From an uncultured delta proteobacterium (GTDB lineage Bacteria; Myxococcota_A; Polyangia; Fen-1088): a stretch of DNA of 64,000 bases. The stretch's first letter is position 1, and each line of letters starts with the position of its first letter. The notes beneath the pieces were generated by a model. The model searched no databases. It was not told the origin of the DNA and was given only the letters and a program-made list of their open reading frames with translations. The stretch is taken from the NCBI GenBank assembly GCA_963737265.1, contig CAVTRY010000023.1, positions 160,001-224,000 on the forward strand, in the 5' to 3' direction. Both the position numbers and the translations under genes were made by a program. Below are positions 19,592 through 30,010 of the stretch, in pieces.

Positions 19592-22500
19592 ATGCTCAAG
19601 ACCGTTCGTGACGCATGTGAACCCCACGCCGCAGCCCTCGACTTCAGCCCCGCCGAGCAAGTCGAGGATCTGGCACAGGTGATCGCCGAACAGGCCGACG
19701 GTCGCGCCTTCTACGCCAAGAACCACATCACGGCGGGCATGCGGCAGCTCTTCGAGCTGGGTCTCAAGCGGTTGGCGGGCAAGAACGATCAGGCCATCTT
19801 CGAGCTGACCCAGGCCATGGGCGGCGGCAAGACGCACACCATGGTGGCGTTCGGCCTGCTGGCCCGAAACGAGTCGCTCCGCGCCGAGGTCGTGCCGACC
19901 ATTGCAGCGGAGGCGCCGTTCGACCGCGCCAAGGTCGTGGCCTTCACCGGTCGCAACTACCCCGAGCGCTTCCTGTGGGGCGAGATCGCGCGCCAGCTCG
20001 GGCAGGACGACGCCTTCAAGCGGTACTGGCAGGACGGCCCCACGGCCCCCGACGAGAAGGCGTGGATCGGCCTGATCGGCGATGAGCCGACCCTGCTCCT
20101 GCTGGACGAGCTACCGCCCTACTTCGACAACGCCCTGACCATCCAGGTGGGCGCCGGCACCCTGGCGCAGGTGACGACCGCGGCGGTGTCCAACCTGTTC
20201 GCGGCCGCCCTGAAACTGCCACGCCTGTGCATCGTCGTATCGAACCTCAGCGGAAGCTACGAGGGCGCGTCGAAGGACTTGCGACGCGCCATCCGCAACG
20301 TCGAGCAGGAGGCACGCCGTCAGGCCAAGCCCATCACCCCGGTGGAGCTTGGCGGCGACGAGGTCTACCAGATCCTCAAGAAGCGCCTGTTCGCACGCCT
20401 CCCAGCCGAGAAGGACGTCGAGACGGTGGCACAGGAGTTCGCCAAGGCCATCAAGGAGGCCGAAAAATCCAAGACCATCGCCAAGAGCACGGAACAGATC
20501 GTCGAGGAGATCCGCGGCTCCTATCCCTTTCATCCAGGAATCAAGGACATCATCGCGCTCTTCCGCAAGAACGAGAGCTTCCGACAGACCCGCGGCCTAA
20601 TGCAGTTCGTTTCCCGGATGATTCGCTCGGTGTGGCGGCGCAAGGACAACGACGTACACCTCATCGGGCTGCAGCACCTCGACCTGAACGACAGCGAGGT
20701 TCGCGACGAGCTCCAGCGCATCAACGACCTGCGCGGCGCCATCGCCTGCGACGTGGCGGCCGGCGGGGCCGCGCACGCCGAAACCATCAACGTCGAGATG
20801 GACTGCGACGCGGGGTCACAGGTGGCGACGCTGTTGCTCGCCTCGTCGCTGTCCAGCGCGGTCGACGCCGTCAAGGGCATGACCCGCCAACGTCTGCTCG
20901 AGCACCTCATCGCGCCGCACCGGACGGGAGATGAGTTCGCCGATGCTTTCGGTCACCTCGTGCGGGAGGCATGGTACCTGCACCGCGACCAGAGTGACGC
21001 CTACTACTTCTCCAACACCGAGAACCTGACCAAGCGGCTGGCCACCGAGGCCGAGCGCGCGCCGCAGAACAAGGTCGACCAAGAGATGCGGCGCCGGATC
21101 GAGACCATCTTCGAGCCGAAACGCAAGCACGCCTACCAGGCGCTCAAAGCCCTGCCCGTCATCGCCGAGGTGGATCTCAAGGGCTCGCGGATGCTCCTGG
21201 TGCTGAGCCCGGACACCAAGAATCCCCCGGTGGAGGCCCAGCGCTTCTTCGACTCGGTGGTAGAGAAGAACAACCTCTGTGTGCTGACCGGCGATGGCTC
21301 GGACATCAGCAGCCTGGAGGACAAGACCCGCGCCCTCTACGCCATCGCGAAGCTGCGCGCCGAGATCCCGGAATCCGACCCCAAGCAGAAGGATCTCGAC
21401 GACAAGGAAGAAGGCGCCGAGCAGGACTTCAACTCGACCCTCACCGCGACCTTCAACCGCATCTGGTATCCGACCAAGGCCGGGCTCCAGCCGGCCAAGC
21501 TGGCCATGACCTTCAGCGGGAACCACTTCGACGGCGAGCAGCAGGTCGAAGACGCCTTGGCGTCCACGGGCGTCAGCAAGCTGGTGATCGACCTGGACAA
21601 GGAGGGGCTGGTCCAGATCAAGAAGGCCGAAGAGCTGCTCTGGCCGCAGGGCCAGAAAGCGGTGCCCTGGCGAGACCTCAAGGCGCGCGCCATCTCGAAT
21701 CCACGCTGGACCTGGCTGCCCCAAAACGGGCTCGACCAGCTCAAGAAGCTGGCCGAACAGCAGGGGCGGTGGCGCGATCGCGGCGATGGCTATGAAGAGC
21801 AAGGCCCCTTCGAGGCGCCCAAGACCTCGGTTCGGATCGAGCTCGTCTCTCACGATGGCGAGACCGGAGAGGCCGTTTTGGAGGTCACGCCGGTCGGCTG
21901 CGTGGCAGCCCAAGTTTTCTACGCAACAAAATCCGAGGTCACGCCGAAAAGTCTTCGTATGACCGAGACGAAGCTAAAAACCTCCGAGGTCAGGCTGTGG
22001 TTCCGCGCCTTCGACCCAACCAAGGAACGGGAGCCGGGTGAGCCGGTGCCCTGGAGCAATCAGCTAACCATCACCCACCAGGTCCATGGCCAGGGCAGCA
22101 AGCGCCGGGTCGAGCTGAAGGTGGTGCCCAAGGCCCTGCTCCGTTACACCCTTACCGGCGCGAACCCGGCCGAGGGCAAGACCTACACCACGCCCTTCGA
22201 CATCGATGGCAAGGAGCAGACGATCTATTGTCACGCCGACGCCGAGGGTGTTACCGCGACCCGCCAGTTCATCATTCCGCCCGCCGGGGAGAAAGAGATC
22301 CGCCTCGATCCGGACAAGGCGGCCGTGTTGCGCAGACGCATCGACACCGAGAGCACGCCGGAGGCGTTCCAGCTCTTCGAACAGTGCAAGAAGGACCGCG
22401 CCAAGCTCCGCGGAGTCAGCGTCGAGGTGGGCACGGGCGAGAAGACCGCTATCCTCCGCTTCGGCAACGATGCCGCCGTCACCCCCGAGGCCCTGGCCAC

Positions 22501-22651
22501 CCTGACCCAGGCCATGCGCGCGGCCATCGGTGACGAGATGTCGGAAGTGCAGGTGCTGGTCAGGGCAACCGAGTTCCCGAGCGGGCACGACTTGAGCGAG
22601 TTCGCCAGGGAGCGGTCGATCGCTCTCGAGCCCAATGAGGTTGAGCAGTGA
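19592..22651 (+). CDS. DUF499 AAA+ ATPase of a restriction-like anti-phage system
   Basis: Walker A QAMGGGKTH, Walker B LLLDE, SYPFHP, FRQTRG; GGAG RBS at 19583 supports the start MLKTVRDAC. Confidence 0.9.
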   Translation: MLKTVRDACEPHAAALDFSPAEQVEDLAQVIAEQADGRAFYAKNHITAGMRQLFELGLKRLAGKNDQAIFELTQAMGGGKTHTMVAFGLLARNESLRAEVVPTIAAEAPFDRAKVVAFTGRNYPERFLWGEIARQLGQDDAFKRYWQDGPTAPDEKAWIGLIGDEPTLLLLDELPPYFDNALTIQVGAGTLAQVTTAAVSNLFAAALKLPRLCIVVSNLSGSYEGASKDLRRAIRNVEQEARRQAKPITPVELGGDEVYQILKKRLFARLPAEKDVETVAQEFAKAIKEAEKSKTIAKSTEQIVEEIRGSYPFHPGIKDIIALFRKNESFRQTRGLMQFVSRMIRSVWRRKDNDVHLIGLQHLDLNDSEVRDELQRINDLRGAIACDVAAGGAAHAETINVEMDCDAGSQVATLLLASSLSSAVDAVKGMTRQRLLEHLIAPHRTGDEFADAFGHLVREAWYLHRDQSDAYYFSNTENLTKRLATEAERAPQNKVDQEMRRRIETIFEPKRKHAYQALKALPVIAEVDLKGSRMLLVLSPDTKNPPVEAQRFFDSVVEKNNLCVLTGDGSDISSLEDKTRALYAIAKLRAEIPESDPKQKDLDDKEEGAEQDFNSTLTATFNRIWYPTKAGLQPAKLAMTFSGNHFDGEQQVEDALASTGVSKLVIDLDKEGLVQIKKAEELLWPQGQKAVPWRDLKARAISNPRWTWLPQNGLDQLKKLAEQQGRWRDRGDGYEEQGPFEAPKTSVRIELVSHDGETGEAVLEVTPVGCVAAQVFYATKSEVTPKSLRMTETKLKTSEVRLWFRAFDPTKEREPGEPVPWSNQLTITHQVHGQGSKRRVELKVVPKALLRYTLTGANPAEGKTYTTPFDIDGKEQTIYCHADAEGVTATRQFIIPPAGEKEIRLDPDKAAVLRRRIDTESTPEAFQLFEQCKKDRAKLRGVSVEVGTGEKTAILRFGNDAAVTPEALATLTQAMRAAIGDEMSEVQVLVRATEFPSGHDLSEFARERSIALEPNEVEQ

Positions 22652-23256
22652 AGAAAGAGCCAAGGCCGACCGTGGGCTTCGGCGTCCCGGACGCGACCGA
22701 CCCACATCACATGGTCGTCACCATCCCACGCGGCCGCGACGAACCCGTGCTTGTCGCCGAGCACTTTGGCGTGCGTGCGAACGCCGAGGGCATGCCAGAC
22801 GTGGTCGAGCGGGTCGAGCTTGGCCGGAGCCGCTGGACCGCCATCGCCGATACCCTGCGCCGCGCCTTCAACGAGCGTCTGAAGGAGAAGGGCATTGCCC
22901 TCAGCAAGTGGAGCACGGGCGACAACAAGGTCGAGCGGCTGCTTGGCAAGGAGCTTTGTGTCCTGGCCTGGGCCATCGAGAAGGCGCCGGAGGACCTCGT
23001 CCCCGTGGCCATCACCAACTGGCTTGGTTTTCGCCCCGAGGAGCGCTGGTGGCTGTTCACCATGACCGCCGCCGCGACCGGCGGCATCGACGACGGCGAG
23101 ATCGGCTGGCGCAAGGCCCTGCGCTTCGCCCTGACCGAGAACCCCACCTCGGCCGAGGCCCACATGGTCGCGAAGAAACCCATTCGGCGCGCCCGGCGCG
23201 ACGATGGCTCGCTGTCGCTGTTCGAGCGGCTCGGCGACAAGCACGGGGGCGCCTAG
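22648..23256 (+). CDS. DUF3780 protein of the restriction-like system
   Basis: GFGVP, FNERLK, NKVERLLGKELCVLAWAIE, NWLGFRPEERWWLF, GWRKALRFAL; GTGA overlap. Confidence 0.9.
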   Translation: MKKEPRPTVGFGVPDATDPHHMVVTIPRGRDEPVLVAEHFGVRANAEGMPDVVERVELGRSRWTAIADTLRRAFNERLKEKGIALSKWSTGDNKVERLLGKELCVLAWAIEKAPEDLVPVAITNWLGFRPEERWWLFTMTAAATGGIDDGEIGWRKALRFALTENPTSAEAHMVAKKPIRRARRDDGSLSLFERLGDKHGGA

Positions 23257-23259
23257 GAG

Positions 23260-26202
23260 ATGCCCAAGCTCGTCCCGCTGGCCTGGAAGGACAGGCCGTC
23301 GCTGATCGAGGTGGCATTCCCGGCGCAGAAGATCTCCATCGAATCGCAGTGCGAGAGAAAGTCGAATGCCGGCCAGACCCTGACCGCGCTTGGCAGCTAC
23401 TGGAAAGGGCGGAAACCCCTGGTGCTGGTGCGAGCCTGCGTGCTCGGCGGGCTCTTGCCCGCGACCGACGATGCCGAGAAGGATTTCGAGATCTTCGAGC
23501 TGCTCATGGCCATCGACGATGCGGCCTTCGAGCGCAGGGCCAAGAAGCTGTCCAGCGAGGACATTGTCCGCTGGGGCGGGGGCTTGAAGGCGAGCTTGCT
23601 CGACGACCAGGGGCGCGTGAAGAAGCTGCCGGTCCAGGAACGGCAGCGACTGTTCGGCCAGGTGCTCGGGCGCATGCCCTACGGCGCGCGCTTGGATCGT
23701 CGCAGTCTGCGGCCCGAGGAGCTGCCGGACAGCGCGTACGAGGGGATCTGGGATCGGGTCAATGCCCACCTGGGCACCGATGCCCACAGCCACGCCGAGC
23801 TGGTCGAGCAGCTCGGCATCCTTCGCTTCGGGCACCGGCCGCGCTTGGCCGACACCTTCTGCGGGGGCGGCTCTATCCCCTTCGAGGCGGCCCGGCTCGG
23901 CTGCGACGTCTTCGCCAGCGATCTCAACCCCATCGCCTGCATGCTGACCTGGGGCGCCTTTCACATCATCGGCGCCGACGCCAAAACAAGGGCCGCGATC
24001 GCGAAGGCACAAGAGGAAGTCGCGGCTGCCGTGGACGCGGAGATCACCCGGCTTGGTATCGAGCACGACAGCGAAGGCAACCGCGCCAAGGCGTACCTGT
24101 ACTGTCTGGAGGCACGCTGCCCCGAGACCGGATGGATGGTGCCGCTCGCCCAATCGTGGCTCGTAAGCGAGACTCGTCGATGCGTAGCGATCCTGCGGAC
24201 CGATCCAGGACGCAGACGATTCGAAATCCACATCAAGGAGGGCGCAACTGACGATGAGATCGCGCAAGCCCGTCTCGGCACCGTCCGCGACGGCCGGATG
24301 CTCTACACTCTTGATGGTCAGGAGCACATGACGCCGATCCGAACCTTGCGCGGGGATAGATGCGCGGGTGATGGAACGACCAACGATCTCCGTCGCTGGG
24401 AGAAGTCGGACTTCAAGCCGCGGCCAGACGATGTCTTCCAGGAACGGCTGTACTGCGTGCAGTGGGCGCGCAAAGGGAATCCTCGCGACACGTTCTTCCG
24501 CGACGTAGGGCTTGACGATTTGGCCCGCGAGGCCAAGGTGGAGGCCATCGTCGCGAAGAACCTCGCCAGCTGGCAAGAGAGCGGCCTCGTGCCCGACATG
24601 CCGATTGAGCCGGGTGAGAAGACCGACGAACCGATCCGAACGCGAGGTTGGACCTACTGGCATCACTTGTTCACACCGCGGAATCTGCTCTACGACGCTC
24701 TCTACAAGGAAAGATGCTTCCATGTAGAAGAATCGACGGTACAGGGAACGTTGGCGTTCACCCTCAACAGTCTCGCAGATTGCTCTGCCAAGCTGTCACG
24801 TTGGGAGATCGGGGCCATCCGACAGAAGCCCGGCGGTGGTTCGCCCGGCGATGCTGTGAAACGCGTCTTCTACAACATGGCGCTAAACACGATGTACGTG
24901 TATGGCACACGTTCCTTCGGACACCTTAGCGAATCTCTCGCGTCCAACGAATACGCGGTGGCGTCTCTTCCACTTGGCACAGAACGTACAGTGTCGGCGG
25001 AGCCCGCCTCAGACTTCAACGGAAGCTGGGATGTTTTCGTGACAGATCCTCCCTATGCTGATGCGGTCCGGTACGAGGAGATTACGGAGTTCTTCATCGC
25101 CTGGCTGCGAAGAAACCCGCCTGCGCCGTTCCGTGATTGGATCTGGGACAGCCGCCGCGCGCTGGCCATCAAGGGTGGCGGCGAGGACTTCCGGCGCGAG
25201 ATGGTGAAGGCCTACTCGGCCATGACGGCCCACATGCCGGACAACGGGCTGCAGGTCGTCATGTTCACTCACCAAGACGCCGGTGTTTGGGCGGACATGG
25301 CCGGAATTCTCTGGGGCGCCGGCCTGCAGGTGAAAGCGGCCTGGTACATCGCCACCGAGACGACCTCCGAGCTCAAGAAGGGCGGCTATGTCCAGGGGAC
25401 CGTCCTGCTCATCCTGCGCAAGCGTCAGGGCAGCGAGAGCATCTACAAGGACGAGCTGGTGCTGGAGATCAAGAAAGAGGTCGCCCATCAGATCGAGACG
25501 ATGATTGGGCTCAACCAGCGTACCCGCGCCCACGGGCGCTCCGAGAACCTCTTCGAGGATGCCGACCTTCAGATGGCGGGCTATGCAGCTGCCCTGCGGG
25601 TTCTAACCGGCTACACGCAGATCGAGGGCATGGACATGACCCGCGAGGCCCTGCGCCCCCGCACCAAGGACGCGTCGCTGGTCGACGAGATGATCGATTT
25701 CGCCGTGCAGGTGGCGAACGAGCATCTGATCCCCGAGGGCTTGCCCCCCAAGGTGTGGGAGCGCCTGACCGGCAGCGAGCGCTTCTATTTGCGCATGCTG
25801 GACATCGAAGAAGACGGCGCGAAGAAGCTGGATAACTACCAGAACTTCGCCAAGGCCTTTCGCGTCGCCGCGTGGCAGCCGCTCATGGCCTCGATGAAGC
25901 CCAACGACGCTCGCCTGAAGTCGGCGGCTGACCTCAAGCGCGCGGAGTTCAGCGGCTCCGAGTTCGGCGGCTCGATGCTGCGGGCGATGCTGTATGCCCT
26001 GCACGAGCTGCAAGCCGAGGTCGAGCCCGACGAGGTGATGAGCCATCTGCGCGACAACGTGCCGGGCTACTACTCGCGGCGCGAGGAGCTGGTCGCCATC
26101 GCGCCCTACCTGGCCGCCAAGCTCGAACGGCGCCGGCCCGAAGAGGCCTCCGCCGCGCGGGTCCTGCACGGCCTGGTCCGCAACGAGAAGCTAGGGGCAT
26201 GA
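23260..26202 (+). CDS. DUF1156 amino (adenine-type) DNA methyltransferase
   Basis: GQTLTALGSYWKGRKPL, SAM motif DTFCGGGSIPFE, catalytic TDPPY. Confidence 0.92.
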   Translation: MPKLVPLAWKDRPSLIEVAFPAQKISIESQCERKSNAGQTLTALGSYWKGRKPLVLVRACVLGGLLPATDDAEKDFEIFELLMAIDDAAFERRAKKLSSEDIVRWGGGLKASLLDDQGRVKKLPVQERQRLFGQVLGRMPYGARLDRRSLRPEELPDSAYEGIWDRVNAHLGTDAHSHAELVEQLGILRFGHRPRLADTFCGGGSIPFEAARLGCDVFASDLNPIACMLTWGAFHIIGADAKTRAAIAKAQEEVAAAVDAEITRLGIEHDSEGNRAKAYLYCLEARCPETGWMVPLAQSWLVSETRRCVAILRTDPGRRRFEIHIKEGATDDEIAQARLGTVRDGRMLYTLDGQEHMTPIRTLRGDRCAGDGTTNDLRRWEKSDFKPRPDDVFQERLYCVQWARKGNPRDTFFRDVGLDDLAREAKVEAIVAKNLASWQESGLVPDMPIEPGEKTDEPIRTRGWTYWHHLFTPRNLLYDALYKERCFHVEESTVQGTLAFTLNSLADCSAKLSRWEIGAIRQKPGGGSPGDAVKRVFYNMALNTMYVYGTRSFGHLSESLASNEYAVASLPLGTERTVSAEPASDFNGSWDVFVTDPPYADAVRYEEITEFFIAWLRRNPPAPFRDWIWDSRRALAIKGGGEDFRREMVKAYSAMTAHMPDNGLQVVMFTHQDAGVWADMAGILWGAGLQVKAAWYIATETTSELKKGGYVQGTVLLILRKRQGSESIYKDELVLEIKKEVAHQIETMIGLNQRTRAHGRSENLFEDADLQMAGYAAALRVLTGYTQIEGMDMTREALRPRTKDASLVDEMIDFAVQVANEHLIPEGLPPKVWERLTGSERFYLRMLDIEEDGAKKLDNYQNFAKAFRVAAWQPLMASMKPNDARLKSAADLKRAEFSGSEFGGSMLRAMLYALHELQAEVEPDEVMSHLRDNVPGYYSRREELVAIAPYLAAKLERRRPEEASAARVLHGLVRNEKLGA

Positions 26203-28907
26203 TCAACCGGTTCTCATCCCGCGCCCGCCCGCTCAACCAGGCCTTCCTGCGCCAACGGTTGCGCGGGGCGCGGCGCTACCGCCGCATCGCCGGCTACTTC
26301 CGCAGCTCGCTGCTCGAGCTGGTTCACGAGGAGGTGGACAGCGTCGAGCACGTCGAGATCGTTTGCAACAGCGACCTAGATCCCCAGGATCTCCGCGTGG
26401 CCCAGCTTCGCGACCTTGCCCTGCGAGAGAAATGGAACGAGAGCCCGCCCGAGGCCGAGGCCATCTTCGGACGGGAGCGCTATCGCCGGCTCTACGAACT
26501 ATTGCGAAAAGGCAGCTTGGAAGTGCGGGTGGTCGGCCGAAACGCGCTCTTCTTGCACGGCAAAGCCGGCGTGATCGAAGCCGCGGACGGCGGCCGAATT
26601 GCCTTCATGGGCAGCGTGAACGAAACCCGCGAAGGCTGGTCCGAGCACTACGAGCTGCTGTGGGAGGACGACAGCCCCGAAGCGTCGGATTGGGTCGAGG
26701 GCGAGTTCCAGTATCTGTGGGATCAGGCCGTTCCCCTGCCCGAGGTTATCCTGGACGAGATCGAACGATCGTCGCGCCGGGTGGAATACCGTTCGATCGA
26801 CGAGGTGCCGCCGTCCGAGCTGCCCAAGGCTGCCATGGCCGAAGCGCCGATCTTCCGACGCGGCGAGGGCCTGATGCCATGGCAGCGCGCCTTCGTGTCC
26901 ATGTTCCTCGACCACCGGGAAACCTACGGGTCGACGCGACTGCTGCTGGCCGACGAGGTTGGGCTAGGCAAGACGCTCTCGCTCGCCACCAGCGCCGTCC
27001 TCGGCTGCCTCTTGCGCGACGGCCCGGTGCTCATTCTCTGCCCCGCCACCCTGACCCAGCAGTGGCAGACCGAGCTGTGGGACAAGCTGGGCGTTCCCTC
27101 TGCGGTGTGGACCAGCCAGAAGACTTGGCTCGACCACACCGGCCATCACATCAAGACGCGCGGGGGAAGCGACGTCGGGCTTTGCCCCTACCAGATCGGC
27201 ATCGTCTCGACCGGGCTCATCTTCCGCGGTCACTCGGTCGAGCGGGAGATCCTGCGCAAGCAGCCGTTCGGCACACTGGTTCTTGACGAAGCCCACCGGG
27301 CGCGGCGAGGTGCGGGCACTGGCCCGAGCGCAGACGACCCCAACAATCTGCTTTCGTTCATGTTGGAAGCGGCCAAGAACGCGCGCCACGTGATTCTAGG
27401 CACCGCCACCCCGATCCAGACCGAAGTCCGGGAGCTGTGGGATCTGCTCGAGATCCTGGGCAATGGCGCCGAGCATGTTCTCGGACGCGCTTATAGTCGG
27501 TGGCGCGCCCCGCCTGACGTCCTACCGCTGGTCACTGGCGAGAAGGGCATCCAGGATCCGGGCGAGGGCTGGGATCTCATCCGGAACCCTCTGCCACCCG
27601 CGCGCGAGGATTCGCTGTTCATGCAAGCCCGGCAGGACATCAATCTGCCAGAGCGGGAGTTCTTCACGGCCCATCCTCTGGTGGAGCTGCCCCGAGAGAC
27701 GCAGCAACTGGTCGAGGATCGCCTGCTCGTCCGCCGGGATGGTCTTCGCTTCTTCCAGCGTCAGAACCCGATGGTCCGGCACACGGTCTTGCGCAAGCGC
27801 GGCACGCTGGAGGAGCGTGGATTGCTGCCCAAGATTGGCGTGGATCTCCACCCATCCGACCAGGACAGTGGGGGCTCGCTCTTCGACGGCATCGCTCTGC
27901 ACACCAGCCCAGCCATCGATGGCGCTTACCAGGCCGCGCAGGCGTTCACAGACGAGCTCAAGAAGCGGATGCCGGCGGCGGGCTTTCTCAAGAGCCTTCT
28001 GCTGCAACGGATCTGTTCGAGCCTGGAAGCGGGCCGGACGACCGCCGAACGGCTCCTGGCGAAGAACGGGGCCGTGGAAGATGTCGATGTGGCGGGCGAT
28101 GACGACACTTCGGATGATGAGGAGGCTGGTCTCGAACCGCTGGTGTCCGAAGAGCGCACGGCCCTGCAAGAGGTCATCGCGCACCTGAAGAGCCGGCCCA
28201 GCGACCCCAAGCTCGATGCCGTCTGGCACTTCCTCACCGGCGCCAAGCCCGTGCCCTGGCTGGAGCTGGGCTGCATCATCTTCAGCCAGTACTACGACAC
28301 CGCCTACTGGGCGGCAGAATCCCTGGCCGCCAGGCTGCCCGCTGAGCGGATCGCGGTCTACGCCGGCGCCGACCGGAGTGGCATCTACCACGAAGGCCGG
28401 TGGACCAACATCGATCGCAACATCATCAAGAAGGCAGTCAAGGATCGCCAGATTCGCCTGGTCTTGGCCACCGACGCCGCTTGCGAGGGCCTGAACCTCC
28501 AGACCCTCGGCACGCTGATCAACATCGATCTACCTTGGAACCCCTCCCGCCTGGAGCAACGCCTGGGCCGCATCAAGCGCATCGGCCAGGTCCGCGACAG
28601 CGTGGACATGCTGAACCTCGTCTACCGCAGCACGCGCGACGAGGACATCTACAGCCGCCTATCCACCCGGATGAAGGACCGCTTCGACATCTTCGGCGCC
28701 CTGCCCGACGTCATCGAGGCCGAGTGGATCGACGACATCGAGCTGCTCGACGAGAAGATGAGCCAGTTCATCGACCGCAAGCGCCGCCAGAACGCCTTCG
28801 ACATCCGCTACGACAGCACCATCGACGCTGGCGGAGAACGCTGGGAACGCTGCGCGAATGTACTCTCGCGGCGCGACCTGGTCGAATGGCTCTCAAAGGG
28901 ATGGTAG
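26199..28907 (+). CDS. PLD-like nuclease fused to an SNF2-family helicase
   Basis: RIAGYFRSS, FLHGKAG...GSVNET (PLD-like), ADEVGLGKT, DEAH, EGLNLQ, QRLGRIKRIGQ; ATGA overlap. Confidence 0.92.
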   Translation: MINRFSSRARPLNQAFLRQRLRGARRYRRIAGYFRSSLLELVHEEVDSVEHVEIVCNSDLDPQDLRVAQLRDLALREKWNESPPEAEAIFGRERYRRLYELLRKGSLEVRVVGRNALFLHGKAGVIEAADGGRIAFMGSVNETREGWSEHYELLWEDDSPEASDWVEGEFQYLWDQAVPLPEVILDEIERSSRRVEYRSIDEVPPSELPKAAMAEAPIFRRGEGLMPWQRAFVSMFLDHRETYGSTRLLLADEVGLGKTLSLATSAVLGCLLRDGPVLILCPATLTQQWQTELWDKLGVPSAVWTSQKTWLDHTGHHIKTRGGSDVGLCPYQIGIVSTGLIFRGHSVEREILRKQPFGTLVLDEAHRARRGAGTGPSADDPNNLLSFMLEAAKNARHVILGTATPIQTEVRELWDLLEILGNGAEHVLGRAYSRWRAPPDVLPLVTGEKGIQDPGEGWDLIRNPLPPAREDSLFMQARQDINLPEREFFTAHPLVELPRETQQLVEDRLLVRRDGLRFFQRQNPMVRHTVLRKRGTLEERGLLPKIGVDLHPSDQDSGGSLFDGIALHTSPAIDGAYQAAQAFTDELKKRMPAAGFLKSLLLQRICSSLEAGRTTAERLLAKNGAVEDVDVAGDDDTSDDEEAGLEPLVSEERTALQEVIAHLKSRPSDPKLDAVWHFLTGAKPVPWLELGCIIFSQYYDTAYWAAESLAARLPAERIAVYAGADRSGIYHEGRWTNIDRNIIKKAVKDRQIRLVLATDAACEGLNLQTLGTLINIDLPWNPSRLEQRLGRIKRIGQVRDSVDMLNLVYRSTRDEDIYSRLSTRMKDRFDIFGALPDVIEAEWIDDIELLDEKMSQFIDRKRRQNAFDIRYDSTIDAGGERWERCANVLSRRDLVEWLSKGW

Positions 28908-28927
28908 ATAAGCCAGGTGACTAGGCC

Positions 28928-30010
28928 ATGTTGAACCAGATCGAAATCAAGGGGTTCAAGTCCATCAGGGAGGCGAAGTTCGACCTTCGCATGCTCAACC
29001 TGCTTATCGGAGCGAACGGCGCGGGCAAGAGCAACCTCGTGGCGGTGTTCGGCCTTCTCAACCAGATGGTCGAAGGCCGCCTCCAGCCCACCGTGACCAA
29101 GCTCGGCGGGGCTTCGACCTTGCTGCATGGTGGGCCAAAACATACCGAGAAAATCGGCCTAGGGCTGACCTTCGGCCACAACGGCTACCAGGCCACGCTC
29201 GAACATGCCCAGGACGATTCGCTCTTCTTCGCCGAGGAGTACGCCTCGTTTCGAGGTGATCGGTATCCGACGCCATACGTGGAGTCTCTTGGGGCTGGCC
29301 ACAAGGAGTCGAGACTTCTCGAATTGGCCGCCCAACGGCCGGTTGTCCGCCACGTTCTCGAGGCTCTTCGTTCCTGGCGGGTCTACCACTTCCACGACAC
29401 GAGCCCTGGCGCAGCGGTGAAGCGCAAAGGTGCCCTTGACGACAATGCGACCCTGCGCTCGGACGCCGCGAATCTTGCGGCCTTCCTCTACCGATTGGAA
29501 GAGAACGAGAACGATGCCTACCGGCGAATCGTCGCAGCGGTCCAACAGGTGACGCCGTTTTTCGCGGAGTTTCGTCTTGGTCCAGACCGTCTCCGCCCGG
29601 ATCAGATCCAACTCGAATGGACCGAGCGCGACTCCGATTCCTACTTCAACGCCCATGCGTTTTCGGACGGAACCCTGCGTTTCATCTGCTTGGCAACGCT
29701 TCTCCTGCAGCCAGTGCTGCCCTCGCTCATTCTGATCGACGAACCCGAGCTCGGTCTCCATCCCTACGCGATCGCCCAGCTCGCCGCTTTGTTCAAGAGC
29801 GCCTCGACGCGAACGCAGGTCCTGGTGGCCACGCAGTCGGTGACGTTGATGAACCAGTTCGAGCCAGCCGACGTGGTCGTCGTCGATCGCAAGGATGGTC
29901 AATCGACCTTCCGGCGCATCGACGAAAAGGAGATCGACGCTTGGAAGGATAGCTACGCTCTCGGCGAACTTTGGGAGAAGAACGTCCTCGGCGGGCGGCC
30001 CCAACGATGA
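28928..30010 (+). CDS. ABC-type (AAA_21-like) ATPase
   Basis: IKGFKSI, GANGAGKSN, signature FSDGT, ILIDEPELGLHP, ATQS. Confidence 0.92.
   Translation: MLNQIEIKGFKSIREAKFDLRMLNLLIGANGAGKSNLVAVFGLLNQMVEGRLQPTVTKLGGASTLLHGGPKHTEKIGLGLTFGHNGYQATLEHAQDDSLFFAEEYASFRGDRYPTPYVESLGAGHKESRLLELAAQRPVVRHVLEALRSWRVYHFHDTSPGAAVKRKGALDDNATLRSDAANLAAFLYRLEENENDAYRRIVAAVQQVTPFFAEFRLGPDRLRPDQIQLEWTERDSDSYFNAHAFSDGTLRFICLATLLLQPVLPSLILIDEPELGLHPYAIAQLAALFKSASTRTQVLVATQSVTLMNQFEPADVVVVDRKDGQSTFRRIDEKEIDAWKDSYALGELWEKNVLGGRPQR

Noticed and set aside
22231-24723. 830-aa minus-strand ORF and similar long antisense ORFs (e.g. 4787-6157, 6768-8255, 43773-45371)
   Set aside because: Shadow ORFs overlapping well-supported genes, expected at high GC; no motifs
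19592-28907. Entirely novel defence system, or BREX/DISARM
   Set aside because: Gene content matches the already described four-gene restriction-like system; no pglZ or drm genes
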